DNA of 64,000 bases, taken from IMG/VR virus record IMGVR_UViG_3300047673_000158, positions 19,412-83,411 of that record; one strand, written 5' to 3'. The notes below the pieces were generated by a model. That model did no database searches, was not told where the DNA came from, and saw only the letters and a program-made list of their open reading frames with translations. Below are positions 35,502 through 44,812 of the stretch, piece after piece (position 1 is the stretch's first letter; the number at the start of each line of letters is the position of its first letter). The DNA is from a virus. The position numbers were made by a program, and so were the translations under genes.

Positions 35502-36947
35502 ATGGCCGTAGTTCTCCGGGAATACCAATCCGAACTGATTGCGCAGGCGCGGCAAGCCCTGCGCAGGACTAAGCGCGTGCTGATTCAATCGGCCACGGGA
35601 TCGGGCAAAACGGCGCTGGCCACGCACATGGCCATTGAGTCGGTGGCGCGCGGCCGGAAAGTGAATTTCATTTGCCATCGCGCCGAACTGGTGGACGGCA
35701 CCAGCAAGACATTCCACAAATTTGGATTGCCCCACGGGTTCATTGCGGCCGGGCGGCCTATGACCGTTCAGACCATGGCGAACGTGTGCAGCATTGACAC
35801 GCTGAAAGCCCGGCTGGAACAAGTTAAGGCGCCCGACGTGGCCATATGGGACGAGTGCCACCACATGGGCGCAGCGGGCTGGCAGCTTGTCATGAAGGCG
35901 TGGCCCGACACGTACCACATAGGGCTGTCCGCGACGCCGTGGCGGCTGGATGGCACGGGGCTGGGCGATTTCTTCGATGAAATGGTTATGGGTCCGTCCG
36001 TGGCATGGCTGATCGAGGAAGGGCACCTGTCGGAATATCGGGTGTATGCGCCGCACGTGCCCGACATGAAGGGCGCGCGTAAGTCTATGGGCGACTTCGC
36101 CAAGGCCGACGCAGCGGAACGCATGGACAAGCCCAAACTAACGGGCGACACAATCGAGCATTGGAAACGGCTGGCAGCCGGAATGCGAACGGTGGTTTTC
36201 GCCACCACGATTGCGCACAGCGAACACGTGGCCGAACAGTTCAACGCGGCAGGCGTGCCCGCTGCGCACCTGGATGGCAACACGCCTAAAGCGCTGCGCC
36301 GACAAATCATTCAGGACTATGCGGCCGGGGAAATCCTGGTGCTGTGCAATGTGGACCTGTTCGGGGAAGGGTTCGACCTGGCCAGCATCGCGCAATGTGA
36401 CGTGACGATTGACTGCGTGGTCATGCTGCGGCCGACGCACAGCCTTTCTCTGTTCCTGCAAATGGTGGGCCGCGCGCTGCGCCCGTACCTTGGCAAAGTC
36501 GCTGTGATCCTGGACCAGGCGGGCAACACGCTGCGCCACGGCTTCCCCGACGACGAACGCGAATGGCAACTGGAAGGCCGCGACAAAAAGAAAGGCGGCA
36601 AAAAACAGGAAGGGCCGCCGCCGCCAATCACCTGCGATAAGTGCTTTCAGCAAATCCGCCGACCGCTGCCGCCGAAGTGCCCCACGTGCCAAAAAATCCT
36701 GCTGGGAGAAGCGAAGCTGCCGGAATCCGACGACGGCGAACTGGTGGAAATCACCGAAGCAGAGAAGAAACGACGGCGTGCGATCCTGCGGCAAGAGGAA
36801 TCCGAAGCGAAGGATTTGGGCGCGCTGATCGCGCTAGGGGCGCGGCGCGGCTACAAAAACGCGACCGGCTGGGCGCATAAGAAATTCCAGAATAGCCCTT
36901 GGAGAAAGCAGCTTTCTGAAAAACAACAGCCCGTGGTTGATGTGTAA
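35502..36947 (+). CDS. SF2 DEAD/DEAH helicase
   Basis: LREYQ, ATGSGKT, DECHH, GLSATP, QMVGRALR. Confidence 0.93.
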   Translation: MAVVLREYQSELIAQARQALRRTKRVLIQSATGSGKTALATHMAIESVARGRKVNFICHRAELVDGTSKTFHKFGLPHGFIAAGRPMTVQTMANVCSIDTLKARLEQVKAPDVAIWDECHHMGAAGWQLVMKAWPDTYHIGLSATPWRLDGTGLGDFFDEMVMGPSVAWLIEEGHLSEYRVYAPHVPDMKGARKSMGDFAKADAAERMDKPKLTGDTIEHWKRLAAGMRTVVFATTIAHSEHVAEQFNAAGVPAAHLDGNTPKALRRQIIQDYAAGEILVLCNVDLFGEGFDLASIAQCDVTIDCVVMLRPTHSLSLFLQMVGRALRPYLGKVAVILDQAGNTLRHGFPDDEREWQLEGRDKKKGGKKQEGPPPPITCDKCFQQIRRPLPPKCPTCQKILLGEAKLPESDDGELVEITEAEKKRRRAILRQEESEAKDLGALIALGARRGYKNATGWAHKKFQNSPWRKQLSEKQQPVVDV

Positions 36948-36954
36948 AAACTGG

Positions 36955-36983
36955 TTGTGTTTTCTTTTGGAAACATCCATAAT
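36955..36983 (+). promoter_or_regulatory. Promoter with operator GTTTTCTTTTGGAAAC
   Basis: TTGTGT-17-CATAAT; operator 36959-36974. Confidence 0.72.
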
Positions 36984-37013
36984 TGCTGCAAGTCGTGATG
37001 TTACGGGGTTTGT

Positions 37014-37142
37014 ATGTGGTGGGTTCTAGTGATTAGCGGGCTTTTTGCTGTCCTGTTTATCTATTTGCTATGGGACAGTCTTCGGGGTGCGGCGATGTTT
37101 CCGCCGCGTGAAAACGTAAATAAGGGAGTTTGTGGATCATGA
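37014..37142 (+). CDS. Small membrane peptide (42 aa, MWWVLVISG...)
   Basis: First ORF after the promoter, single TM, ATGA-coupled to the next ORF. Confidence 0.5.
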   Translation: MWWVLVISGLFAVLFIYLLWDSLRGAAMFPPRENVNKGVCGS

Positions 37143-37237
37143 AGAAATTCGCTTTCAACGTCGCAGGTGGTGTGGTGCTGGGCCTGGTGCTGATGATTGG
37201 CCCAATCCTGGACGGTCTTCGTAACATCGCGGCCTGA
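37139..37237 (+). CDS. Small membrane peptide (32 aa, MKKFAFNV...)
   Basis: RBS aagggag, single TM. Confidence 0.55.
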   Translation: MKKFAFNVAGGVVLGLVLMIGPILDGLRNIAA

Positions 37238-37241
37238 CAGG

Positions 37242-37550
37242 ATGGCCCGCGTTCATACCCGGTGCAGGCATTGCGAAACGCGCCGCGTACTGAAGCAGCA
37301 CCCGGACAAATATCACGTGGTGCCGCAGTGCAGAGTGTGCGGCCGTCGCGATTTCCGCGTGGATGCCTGGATGAACAAGCGCAACACGCGGGCCATGGCT
37401 TGCATGTGTAGCGGGTATGCGTGGGCTGGAATGATGACTGGTGCAATGCACCGCAAGGGTTCGAAGCAATGCTGGTATAGGGCCGATGGAACGCGCCGGG
37501 AGTATGGCGATTCTGATTACTTTGTACCGGATTTTTTGAAGGCCGCCTGA
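37242..37550 (+). CDS. Cys-rich zinc-finger protein
   Basis: CRHC, CRVC, CMC...HRKGS..C. Confidence 0.65.
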   Translation: MARVHTRCRHCETRRVLKQHPDKYHVVPQCRVCGRRDFRVDAWMNKRNTRAMACMCSGYAWAGMMTGAMHRKGSKQCWYRADGTRREYGDSDYFVPDFLKAA

Positions 37551-37576
37551 CGGCCGATTACTAGGAGAACTTACAA

Positions 37577-38560
37577 ATGGCAGAGAAACAGAAATCGTAT
37601 CGTGACCTGATCGCAGAAGGCACGGCATCCCGCGCGAACGCCATCAAAGTACGCATTGAGGACATTCACGAACAGCCGGGCTTTAACCTGCGCGACCCTG
37701 ACGCCGTGGACGAAAACGGCGAAACGTTCGCAGAAGGGATTAACCGATTCGCAGAATACATCGTGGCGGGTGGCACGTTCCCGCCCATTGAAATCCGCAT
37801 TCGCGCAGAAGGTGGCGTGTGGGTGGTGGACGGACACCGCCGACGCCTTGCCGTGCTGCGCGCCATGGAAATGGGCGCGCCGCTGGCCGATAAAAACGGC
37901 GACGTGTGGATTCACACTATCGCGTTTGAAGGCAACGACGTAGACCGCCTTACGCGCATCATGACTTCCAATGAGTCGCGCAAGCTGACTGATTTGGAGC
38001 GCGCGAACGGTTACAAGCGCATGGCCGCATTCGGGCTGTCGTCCAGCGACATTGCAGCGCGAGTGGGCCGCAGCCGCCCGCACGTCGAACAGCTTTTGAT
38101 CCTGGCGAACGCTAACCACGACGTGCAGGAAATGGTTAAGGCCGGGAAGGTATCGGCCACGGCCGCCATTGACCTGGTGCGAAAGGAAGGCGAAAACGCG
38201 GGCGCCGTGCTGGGCGAAAAGGTTGCAGCAGCCGGTGGCGGGCGCGTGAAGAAAGGCGACCTGAAACCGGCAGGGCTGCCGCGCAAGGTGGTGGACGAAG
38301 TGGTGGACGCGCTGGGCTGGTTCAGGAAACACGGCCTGAATGCCGAGCAGCGCAAGGTGGTGGCCCGCGCAGAGAAAGACGGCAGCGCACACGCTGACGT
38401 GGAAGTAACCGTGACGGCGGGCGCGCTGGCCGAACTGATGAAAGCGGCCGGGCTGGTGGAAGAAACCCGCAAGCAGCAGGCAGCGAAGGCGGCGGAAAAG
38501 GCAGCGAAGGCCAGCCAGGCAGAACTGCCCGAAGGCGACGACGAGCAGGACGCAGCGTAA
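37577..38560 (+). CDS. ParB/Spo0J-like DNA-binding protein
   Basis: PGFNLR, VVDGHRR, HTH SSDIAARVGRS..HVEQLL. Confidence 0.82.
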   Translation: MAEKQKSYRDLIAEGTASRANAIKVRIEDIHEQPGFNLRDPDAVDENGETFAEGINRFAEYIVAGGTFPPIEIRIRAEGGVWVVDGHRRRLAVLRAMEMGAPLADKNGDVWIHTIAFEGNDVDRLTRIMTSNESRKLTDLERANGYKRMAAFGLSSSDIAARVGRSRPHVEQLLILANANHDVQEMVKAGKVSATAAIDLVRKEGENAGAVLGEKVAAAGGGRVKKGDLKPAGLPRKVVDEVVDALGWFRKHGLNAEQRKVVARAEKDGSAHADVEVTVTAGALAELMKAAGLVEETRKQQAAKAAEKAAKASQAELPEGDDEQDAA

Positions 38561-39273
38561 TGGTCCGGGGCTACATCATTTCTTTGTGTGACCTGACGGG
38601 CCACATGGTGCAGCCCTGGGTGGATGCGGGTTATCACGCCGTACTGGTGGACCCGCAACACCCGAAAGGGGTCCACACCAGCGAGCCGAACGCTAAGGGC
38701 GGCACCATTACGCGAATCGGCGCAACCATCGTGGAATGCGCCGACGTGCTGGGCGCTTTCTTCCGGCTGTTTCCGGCCGCGCCCGTGGTATTCGTGGCGG
38801 GCTTCCCGCCCTGCACGGACGTGGCGGTATCGGGCGCCCGGTGGTTCAGCCACAAGGCGAAGGCCGATAAGCACTTTCAGACTAAGGCCGCGCTGGTGGC
38901 AGAACAATGCCGCATGGTGGGCCTGCTGTCCGGTGCGCCGTGGTTTTTCGAAAATCCCGTGTCTGTCTTCAGCGGCATTTTCGGCAAGCCTTCGCACACG
39001 TTCAACCCTTACGACTACACGGGATTTGAACCGGCCGACAACTACACGAAGAAAACCTGCCTGTGGACTGGTGGCGGGTTTGTGATGCCAGCCCCGTGCC
39101 GCGACTTGTCGCTGGGTGCGCCGGATAACCGGATTCACACGGCGCCGCCCAGCGCCGACCGGGCCAATTTCCGCAGCGCCACGCCCATGGGTTTTGCGCG
39201 GGCTGTGTTTGAAGCGAACGCGCCGCACTTGCGCGCAATTCGAACCCCTGCATTTTTTGCGGCGGCAGCATGA
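38560..39273 (+). CDS. DNA cytosine-C5 methyltransferase-like protein
   Basis: ISLCDLTG, FPPCT, ENP, YTKKTCLW, RSATPMGFA. Confidence 0.75.
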   Translation: MVRGYIISLCDLTGHMVQPWVDAGYHAVLVDPQHPKGVHTSEPNAKGGTITRIGATIVECADVLGAFFRLFPAAPVVFVAGFPPCTDVAVSGARWFSHKAKADKHFQTKAALVAEQCRMVGLLSGAPWFFENPVSVFSGIFGKPSHTFNPYDYTGFEPADNYTKKTCLWTGGGFVMPAPCRDLSLGAPDNRIHTAPPSADRANFRSATPMGFARAVFEANAPHLRAIRTPAFFAAAA

Positions 39274-39650
39274 AAGAAACCGGAATCCAGAACGAAATCC
39301 GCAACGCGCTGGCGGGGCACTGCATGCTGTTCCGCGCGAACGTCGGCACGGCGTGGACGGGGAACGATATTAAGCGGCTGCCTGACGGGTCCATTTTGAT
39401 CCGCGATCCGCGCCCGTTCAGCACGGGACTGCCGCCCGGCTTTTCGGACCTGTTCGGGCTGGTGACGGTTGAAATCACGCCGGAAATGGTGGGGCAGAAG
39501 TTTGCGCAGTTCCTGGCGGGCGAAGTGAAGACGGCGACGGGCCGCAAGCGCAAGGCGCAGGGTCCGTTCCTGGATGCAATTAAACAAGCTGGTGGCCGCG
39601 CCGACGTATGGCGAAGCGCTGCCGACGCACTGCGGACCATCGGCAAATGA
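39270..39650 (+). CDS. VRR-NUC nuclease
   Basis: E..IQ, FRANVG, GFSDLFG, EVKT..GR. Confidence 0.85.
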   Translation: MKETGIQNEIRNALAGHCMLFRANVGTAWTGNDIKRLPDGSILIRDPRPFSTGLPPGFSDLFGLVTVEITPEMVGQKFAQFLAGEVKTATGRKRKAQGPFLDAIKQAGGRADVWRSAADALRTIGK

Positions 39651-39886
39651 AAGCAAAGCGCGCACCGTATCGAGCCACGGACTACGAACCGCCCGTGATT
39701 GTGGTGGAAAGCGGCGACGTGGAACGGGACGCGCTGCGCGTTATGGGGCTGCCGAAGCTGTGGCAGCGCCAGCACGAAATCTGGCGCGTGGGGCACCTGC
39801 ACGGGCTGGCACACGAAACCGCTGTTAAAAGGCGGGTATCTCAACTCTGGAAGGAAAAGGAAGGGGAATTTAAAAATGCAGCATGA
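39647..39886 (+). CDS. Hypothetical protein
   Basis: ATGA-coupled to the VRR-NUC gene. Confidence 0.5.
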   Translation: MKAKRAPYRATDYEPPVIVVESGDVERDALRVMGLPKLWQRQHEIWRVGHLHGLAHETAVKRRVSQLWKEKEGEFKNAA

Positions 39887-40265
39887 CAACCACGCAATCG
39901 AAGTATCGGGGCAAATTCTTACTGATCGCTGTTTCGGCGCGTCGTTCGCTTCTGGATGGTGGACGGACCTGAAGACCGGCGAAGACCTGCGCATGGCCAA
40001 CAACGTGCCAGAAAAGCTAATGCTGATTGTTTCGGAAGTGTCCGAAGCGATGGAAGGCCACCGCAAAAACCTGATGGACGACAAGCTGCCGCACCGTCCG
40101 ATGGTGGAAGTTGAACTGGCAGACGCAGTGATTCGGATTTTTGACCTGGCGGGCGCTAAGGGTTACGACGTGGCGGGCGCGATTGTCGAAAAGCTGGCGT
40201 ACAACGCGCAGCGCGCCGACCACAAACCGGAAAACCGGCTGGCAGAAGGCGGCAAGGCGTACTGA
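39876..40265 (+). CDS. MazG-like nucleotide pyrophosphohydrolase
   Basis: LIVSEVSEAMEGHRK, VELADAVIRIFDLAG, EKLAYN. Confidence 0.85.
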   Translation: MQHDNHAIEVSGQILTDRCFGASFASGWWTDLKTGEDLRMANNVPEKLMLIVSEVSEAMEGHRKNLMDDKLPHRPMVEVELADAVIRIFDLAGAKGYDVAGAIVEKLAYNAQRADHKPENRLAEGGKAY

Positions 40266-40408
40266 TGCTTTCCGCCTTCAAAACGCGCAGGGCGGCTTCA
40301 AATATCGGCCGCCTGTACGGAATCAAGCGCCGATGGTTTGGGCTTGAGCCTGAACCGTGGTATAGGGCGCGGCTTATCAGGGTGCTGGAATGCAATCGCC
40401 ACCACTGA
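40265..40408 (+). CDS. Small basic hypothetical protein (47 aa)
   Basis: TGATG coupling; fills the gap in the operon. Confidence 0.45.
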   Translation: MLSAFKTRRAASNIGRLYGIKRRWFGLEPEPWYRARLIRVLECNRHH

Positions 40409-40758
40409 CAACCCGCGCAATGGTAATGGCTGCCCTGGCTGGCGAAGACATGACGGTGGCGCAGGCTGCCGAAGTGCTGGCGATGCACCGTAACACGGTT
40501 GAATATCACCTGCGCCGTGCGCATAAGGAAGGCCGCGCCCATGTGTGCGGGTGGCACCGAAACATTGGCGTGCAGGGCGATTGGGGCGCTATTTACCGGG
40601 CTGGCGAAGGCGAAGACGTTCCGCCGCCTAGCGCGCCTATGAAAGTTCGGGTGAAGGTGTACAGCCGACGCTACTACAAGGCAAACCGGGCGCTGATACG
40701 CGCCCGGAGCGCGGCAAAACGGGGAAAACTGGGCCACTACGTGCAACTGCTGACATGA
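40390..40758 (+). CDS. HTH DNA-binding protein
   Basis: MTVAQAAEVLAMHRNTVEYHL. Confidence 0.7.
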   Translation: MQSPPLTTRAMVMAALAGEDMTVAQAAEVLAMHRNTVEYHLRRAHKEGRAHVCGWHRNIGVQGDWGAIYRAGEGEDVPPPSAPMKVRVKVYSRRYYKANRALIRARSAAKRGKLGHYVQLLT

Positions 40759-41006
40759 AAAAGAAAATCGCTTTCGTGATTCATCCGGGCTTCGTCACTT
40801 CGCAGAACGACGGACAGCGCCACTACATTACGGCCGAACAGCTTGTGCGCCTGTACCGGCTTCATCCAGGCACGTGGGTGGTGTATCAGCCGCCGCGAGC
40901 ATTCGACCGGGCGGCAAGCTGGCGACGAAACCCGTATGAAGGCTTGAAAGCGATTTTCCCGCGCAACGATGGCAAGTATCCGATTTTTGACGGGGCCGAA
41001 TCATGA
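40755..41006 (+). CDS. Hypothetical protein
   Basis: HPG.V.S.NDGQRHYI...QL..LY; coupled. Confidence 0.6.
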   Translation: MKKKIAFVIHPGFVTSQNDGQRHYITAEQLVRLYRLHPGTWVVYQPPRAFDRAASWRRNPYEGLKAIFPRNDGKYPIFDGAES

Positions 41007-41332
41007 ACGCTGCACAGTTTTCGCGGGCACGTGACCGAATTGGACGGGAAGCAAAAGCCCGTAAGGGGTACGAAGCAAAAGCAATGCGCCGACTTATCCG
41101 CGAAGCCCGCGCAGTGATCGTGATTTCTGGCCGAACCATCATCGGCTGGCGCATGCCTGACGGCGCAATAGTCTGCTACAAGCGCAGGTATGGAACGATT
41201 GGTGCCGCGCAAATGGACATGCTAGGCATTCAGGCGGAATACGGTAAGCGCGGGGTTCCGCGCCGGGCTTACCAGTGTGATTTTTGCGGTGGCTTTCACT
41301 TGACCAGTAAGATTTCGATTAAAGAGGATTGA
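41003..41332 (+). CDS. Hypothetical protein with CxxC-H motif
   Basis: RAYQCDFCGGFHLTS. Confidence 0.6.
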   Translation: MNAAQFSRARDRIGREAKARKGYEAKAMRRLIREARAVIVISGRTIIGWRMPDGAIVCYKRRYGTIGAAQMDMLGIQAEYGKRGVPRRAYQCDFCGGFHLTSKISIKED

Positions 41333-41844
41333 ATATGTTGTGCCCGAAATGCAAACACGCGACGCAGGTTAAAGACACACGCGGCACGATGCGCCGCCGC
41401 CAGTGCATGAACATCGCATGCGGGGACCGCTTCGTTACCGACGAAGTGTTAAGCGATAGGCCGATGCCGCGCACGACGGCCGAAGCAAACAAGCTGGACA
41501 CGCTGGAAGAAATCGGCAGGCGCAGCCCGACGATTAAGGCGCTTCGCAAACAGGTGGCCGCACTGGAAGCGGCACTGAAGGCAGCGACCGCAGCGCCCGT
41601 GGCCGTCGAACCGGCACCTGTCGAACCCGTGGCCGCAAAACCTGAACCCGTGACAGAACCCGCGCCGGTTCTGCGCGTTCCGCCGCCGAAGAAAACGCCC
41701 GTGACAATCAATGGACGCCCGGCCGCATTCTTCAGCCGGGAATCGCTGGTGGCCGACGTGCCGCCGACCGCAGAAGCCCCGCCCGTGGGCGCACCTTCCT
41801 GGGTGCCCCGCCTGCCGCCTGCCGCGTTCGGACGGATGCGGTAA
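41329..41844 (+). CDS. Ogr/NrdR-like zinc-ribbon protein with Pro-rich tail
   Basis: CPKC...RRRQC...C..RF.T.E. Confidence 0.65.
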   Translation: MNMLCPKCKHATQVKDTRGTMRRRQCMNIACGDRFVTDEVLSDRPMPRTTAEANKLDTLEEIGRRSPTIKALRKQVAALEAALKAATAAPVAVEPAPVEPVAAKPEPVTEPAPVLRVPPPKKTPVTINGRPAAFFSRESLVADVPPTAEAPPVGAPSWVPRLPPAAFGRMR

Positions 41845-41859
41845 AAAAGGAACAAAGTT

Positions 41860-41890
41860 ATTTACCTATGGAAACGTCCAGGGCTATAAT
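41860..41890 (+). promoter_or_regulatory. Promoter with operator ATTTACCTATGGAAAC
   Basis: TATAAT 41885-41890; operator 41860-41875. Confidence 0.7.
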
Positions 41891-41926
41891 GCGCTGGACG
41901 TTTTTACTATTTGCGCGGCGCGAGAA

Positions 41927-42319
41927 ATGACCACTACAAAAACAGCGAAGACCCAGGCCGACCGGCTTACCTACCTGATGCGGCGGCACCACCTGGACAG
42001 CGCCGACGTGGCCGCGCTGCTGGGGCGGGGTGAAAAGACCGTGCGCCAGTGGGCAGCCGGTAAGGCCATGATTTCCGACGAACTGCTGGACAAGCTGCGC
42101 GCCAAGCTGGCGACGCGCCCGCGCGAGCTAGACCCGCGCACCGCTCGCCTGTTCGAAATCATGGAGAAAAACAAACTGAGCTTGCGCGATGTTGGCAGGC
42201 TGGTGGGCCGATCTGAACAGACGGTGCGAATCTGGCGCTGCGAGGCGAAAATTATCCCGCTGCATACGCTGGCTTTCCTGGAAACGCAGGTGGACAGCGC
42301 CGCAGGGGTGGCCGCGTAA
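41927..42319 (+). CDS. Tandem Cro/XRE-like HTH regulator
   Basis: Two repeats: DVAALLGRGEKTVRQW and DVGRLVGRSEQTVRIW. Confidence 0.78.
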   Translation: MTTTKTAKTQADRLTYLMRRHHLDSADVAALLGRGEKTVRQWAAGKAMISDELLDKLRAKLATRPRELDPRTARLFEIMEKNKLSLRDVGRLVGRSEQTVRIWRCEAKIIPLHTLAFLETQVDSAAGVAA

Positions 42320-44730
42320 TGTCAATAGATTTTCGCGTTGTAAATGCTGCGCTGGACCCGCTCAGGGTCGTGCCTGAATGGCTGCCTGATGGCAAAAAGG
42401 TGGGCGACAACTGGATGGCGCGCAATGGTTCCCTGGCCGTGAACCTGACGACGGGCAAGTGGGCGCTATTCTCAAGTGATGAAAAATCAGACCGTGGCGG
42501 CGACCTGGTGGGCCTGTACGCCTGGGTTTTTCACAACAAAAACCAGGTGGAAGCGGCGCGCGAACTGATGCGAACGCACGGCATCGTGGACAACGCGCAA
42601 ACGCGCGAGCAAGCCGCGAAAATCACGCCGCTGCAACAGCCGACCTATACGCCGGTAATGCCCGTTCCTGAAGACGTGCCGCAGGAACCTAACCTGTCGT
42701 GGCAGAAGGGCTTTAAGCACCCTAAGCTTGGCATGCCGTCGAAGGTGTGGGCGTACCGCGATTCGGAAGGCCGCCTGCTGATGTACATCGGCCGGTATAC
42801 CGACGAAGCCGGGGACAAACAGGTGGTGCCGTGGTCGTGGGGCACGCACCCGACGAACGGGAAAGTGGGCTGGCAAATCCGTGGGCTTACGGGCCGCATG
42901 AAACGCCCGCTGTACGGGCTGGACAAGCTGGCGCAATACCCTGAACACGACGTGCTGGTGGTGGAAGGCGAAAAGACCACGGACGCAGCGCAGGCGCTGC
43001 TGGGCGACGCCTGCGTGGTCGTTTCCTGGATGGGTGGCATGGGTGCCGCCGACAAAGCCGCCGTGCGCCGCTTGCAAGGCCGCCGCGTGTTCTTCTGGCC
43101 TGACTTCGATATGTTCCGCGAAAAGCTGACGCCGGAAGAAAAGGCCGCCAACGTGGACCCAGAAACTAAGCCCATTCTGCCGCTGCATAAGCAGGGCGGT
43201 GCGCTGGCAATGATGGCGATTGCCGAGAAGCTACGCGGCCACACGCCGGATGCGAATTTGCGCATGGTGGGTTATCAGCCAGGCGAGAAGCCGCACGGGT
43301 GGGATTTGGCCGACGCGCTGGCCGAAGGCTGGACCGGCGAAGACGTGCTGAAAATGCTTGCCGAGCGTTCGCGCGATCCACGCGAGGTAATGACGGCGGA
43401 AACGATTAAACCGGCCGCGCCCGTCGAACCCGTGTCGGCTGCACCTGCGCCTGCGGCTGCCTCACCCGCCGCGCCCGCTGCACCAGCGCCGAAATATACG
43501 CCGCTGGAATACCCGGTGAATGAATTCGGTTTTCCAGACCGTGGCGATAAAGGGCCGCTGGACACGCTGGAAAATCTGGCGTACCTGATGCGCCAGTATG
43601 GGATCGAGTCGCGTTACAACGTGATTTCTAAAGACGTGGAAATCAGCATACCTAACACACGGTTTAGCCAGGATAACCACATGGAGGCATGTTTGGCCAC
43701 TATCGGCAGTCTTTGTGCCCGCAACCGCATGCCCCGCGCCAATGTGCCGGGCTATATCACCACGCTGGCCGATGGCAACAAAGTTAACCCGGCCGCTGAC
43801 TGGATTGATTCGAAGCCGTGGGACGGCGTGCCGCGCATTGAAGCGCTGGCCGATACGCTGGACGCAGCCGACCCGGAACTGGCCCGCGTGCTGGTGCGCC
43901 GCTGGATGATTGGCGCCGTGGCGTGCGCGTTCGAAGACCACGGCTTTGCCATGCAAGGCGTGCTTGTGTTGCAGGGCGCGCAGGGCGCAGGTAAGACGAC
44001 TTGGATTATGGGGCTGGCCGACAATAACCGCGATCTGGCCGCCGAATCCGTGATTTTGAACCCGGCCGACAAAGACAGCGTGAAGCAGTTCGCATCTTAC
44101 TGGCTGGTGGAGTTGGGCGAACTGGAAGCGACTTTCAGTAAGTCAGACATTACCGCTCTGCGTGGCTTCCTCACCAAAAAGGTTGACGAACTGCGCTTGC
44201 CGTATGCAAAGGCCACCAGCAAATTTCCCCGACGCACGGCGGCTGCCGCGTCCGTGAATGATCGGGCGTATCTGCGCGACGAAACGGGGAACCGGCGCTA
44301 CTGGACGATTGAGTGCGGCGCGGGCTTGAACGGCATGCACGGGATCGACATGCAGCAGGCATGGGCCGAAGCGAAGACCCTTTACCTGGCTGGTGAGCGG
44401 CACCCGTTGACCAAAGATGAAATGGAACGGCTGTCGGAGTCGAACATGATCTACACGGAACGTAATCCGCTGTCCGACTTGATTATGGACCGCTTCGATT
44501 GGGAAAGCCTGTCGGTCGTCAAAATGTCCGCTACTGACGTTTGCATTGCCATGGGTTACGACAAGCCGACCAATAAGCAGATTAAAGACGCTGGCGCGAT
44601 CCTGCGCAAGGCGACGGGCAAAGAGCCTTCGCGGTCGAACGGCAAAGTTTTGTTCGCTGTACCACCTTTGAAGCGAAACAGTTACAAACAGGAACAAAAT
44701 TTCGAAGACGACAACAGCCGCCCTTTCTAA
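42319..44730 (+). CDS. TOPRIM primase fused to VirE/VapE helicase and winged helix
   Basis: GGDLVGLYA, RPLYGL, VVEGEK, WPDFD, GWDLAD, GAQGAGKT. Confidence 0.9.
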   Translation: MSIDFRVVNAALDPLRVVPEWLPDGKKVGDNWMARNGSLAVNLTTGKWALFSSDEKSDRGGDLVGLYAWVFHNKNQVEAARELMRTHGIVDNAQTREQAAKITPLQQPTYTPVMPVPEDVPQEPNLSWQKGFKHPKLGMPSKVWAYRDSEGRLLMYIGRYTDEAGDKQVVPWSWGTHPTNGKVGWQIRGLTGRMKRPLYGLDKLAQYPEHDVLVVEGEKTTDAAQALLGDACVVVSWMGGMGAADKAAVRRLQGRRVFFWPDFDMFREKLTPEEKAANVDPETKPILPLHKQGGALAMMAIAEKLRGHTPDANLRMVGYQPGEKPHGWDLADALAEGWTGEDVLKMLAERSRDPREVMTAETIKPAAPVEPVSAAPAPAAASPAAPAAPAPKYTPLEYPVNEFGFPDRGDKGPLDTLENLAYLMRQYGIESRYNVISKDVEISIPNTRFSQDNHMEACLATIGSLCARNRMPRANVPGYITTLADGNKVNPAADWIDSKPWDGVPRIEALADTLDAADPELARVLVRRWMIGAVACAFEDHGFAMQGVLVLQGAQGAGKTTWIMGLADNNRDLAAESVILNPADKDSVKQFASYWLVELGELEATFSKSDITALRGFLTKKVDELRLPYAKATSKFPRRTAAAASVNDRAYLRDETGNRRYWTIECGAGLNGMHGIDMQQAWAEAKTLYLAGERHPLTKDEMERLSESNMIYTERNPLSDLIMDRFDWESLSVVKMSATDVCIAMGYDKPTNKQIKDAGAILRKATGKEPSRSNGKVLFAVPPLKRNSYKQEQNFEDDNSRPF

Positions 44731-44812
44731 AATTTGCTAAACTGCGCCCACATGCCCGATGATTCGGGCTTTGTCAACGGCGGGGATTACAAAATTGTGA
44801 AAGGGGAAGGCC

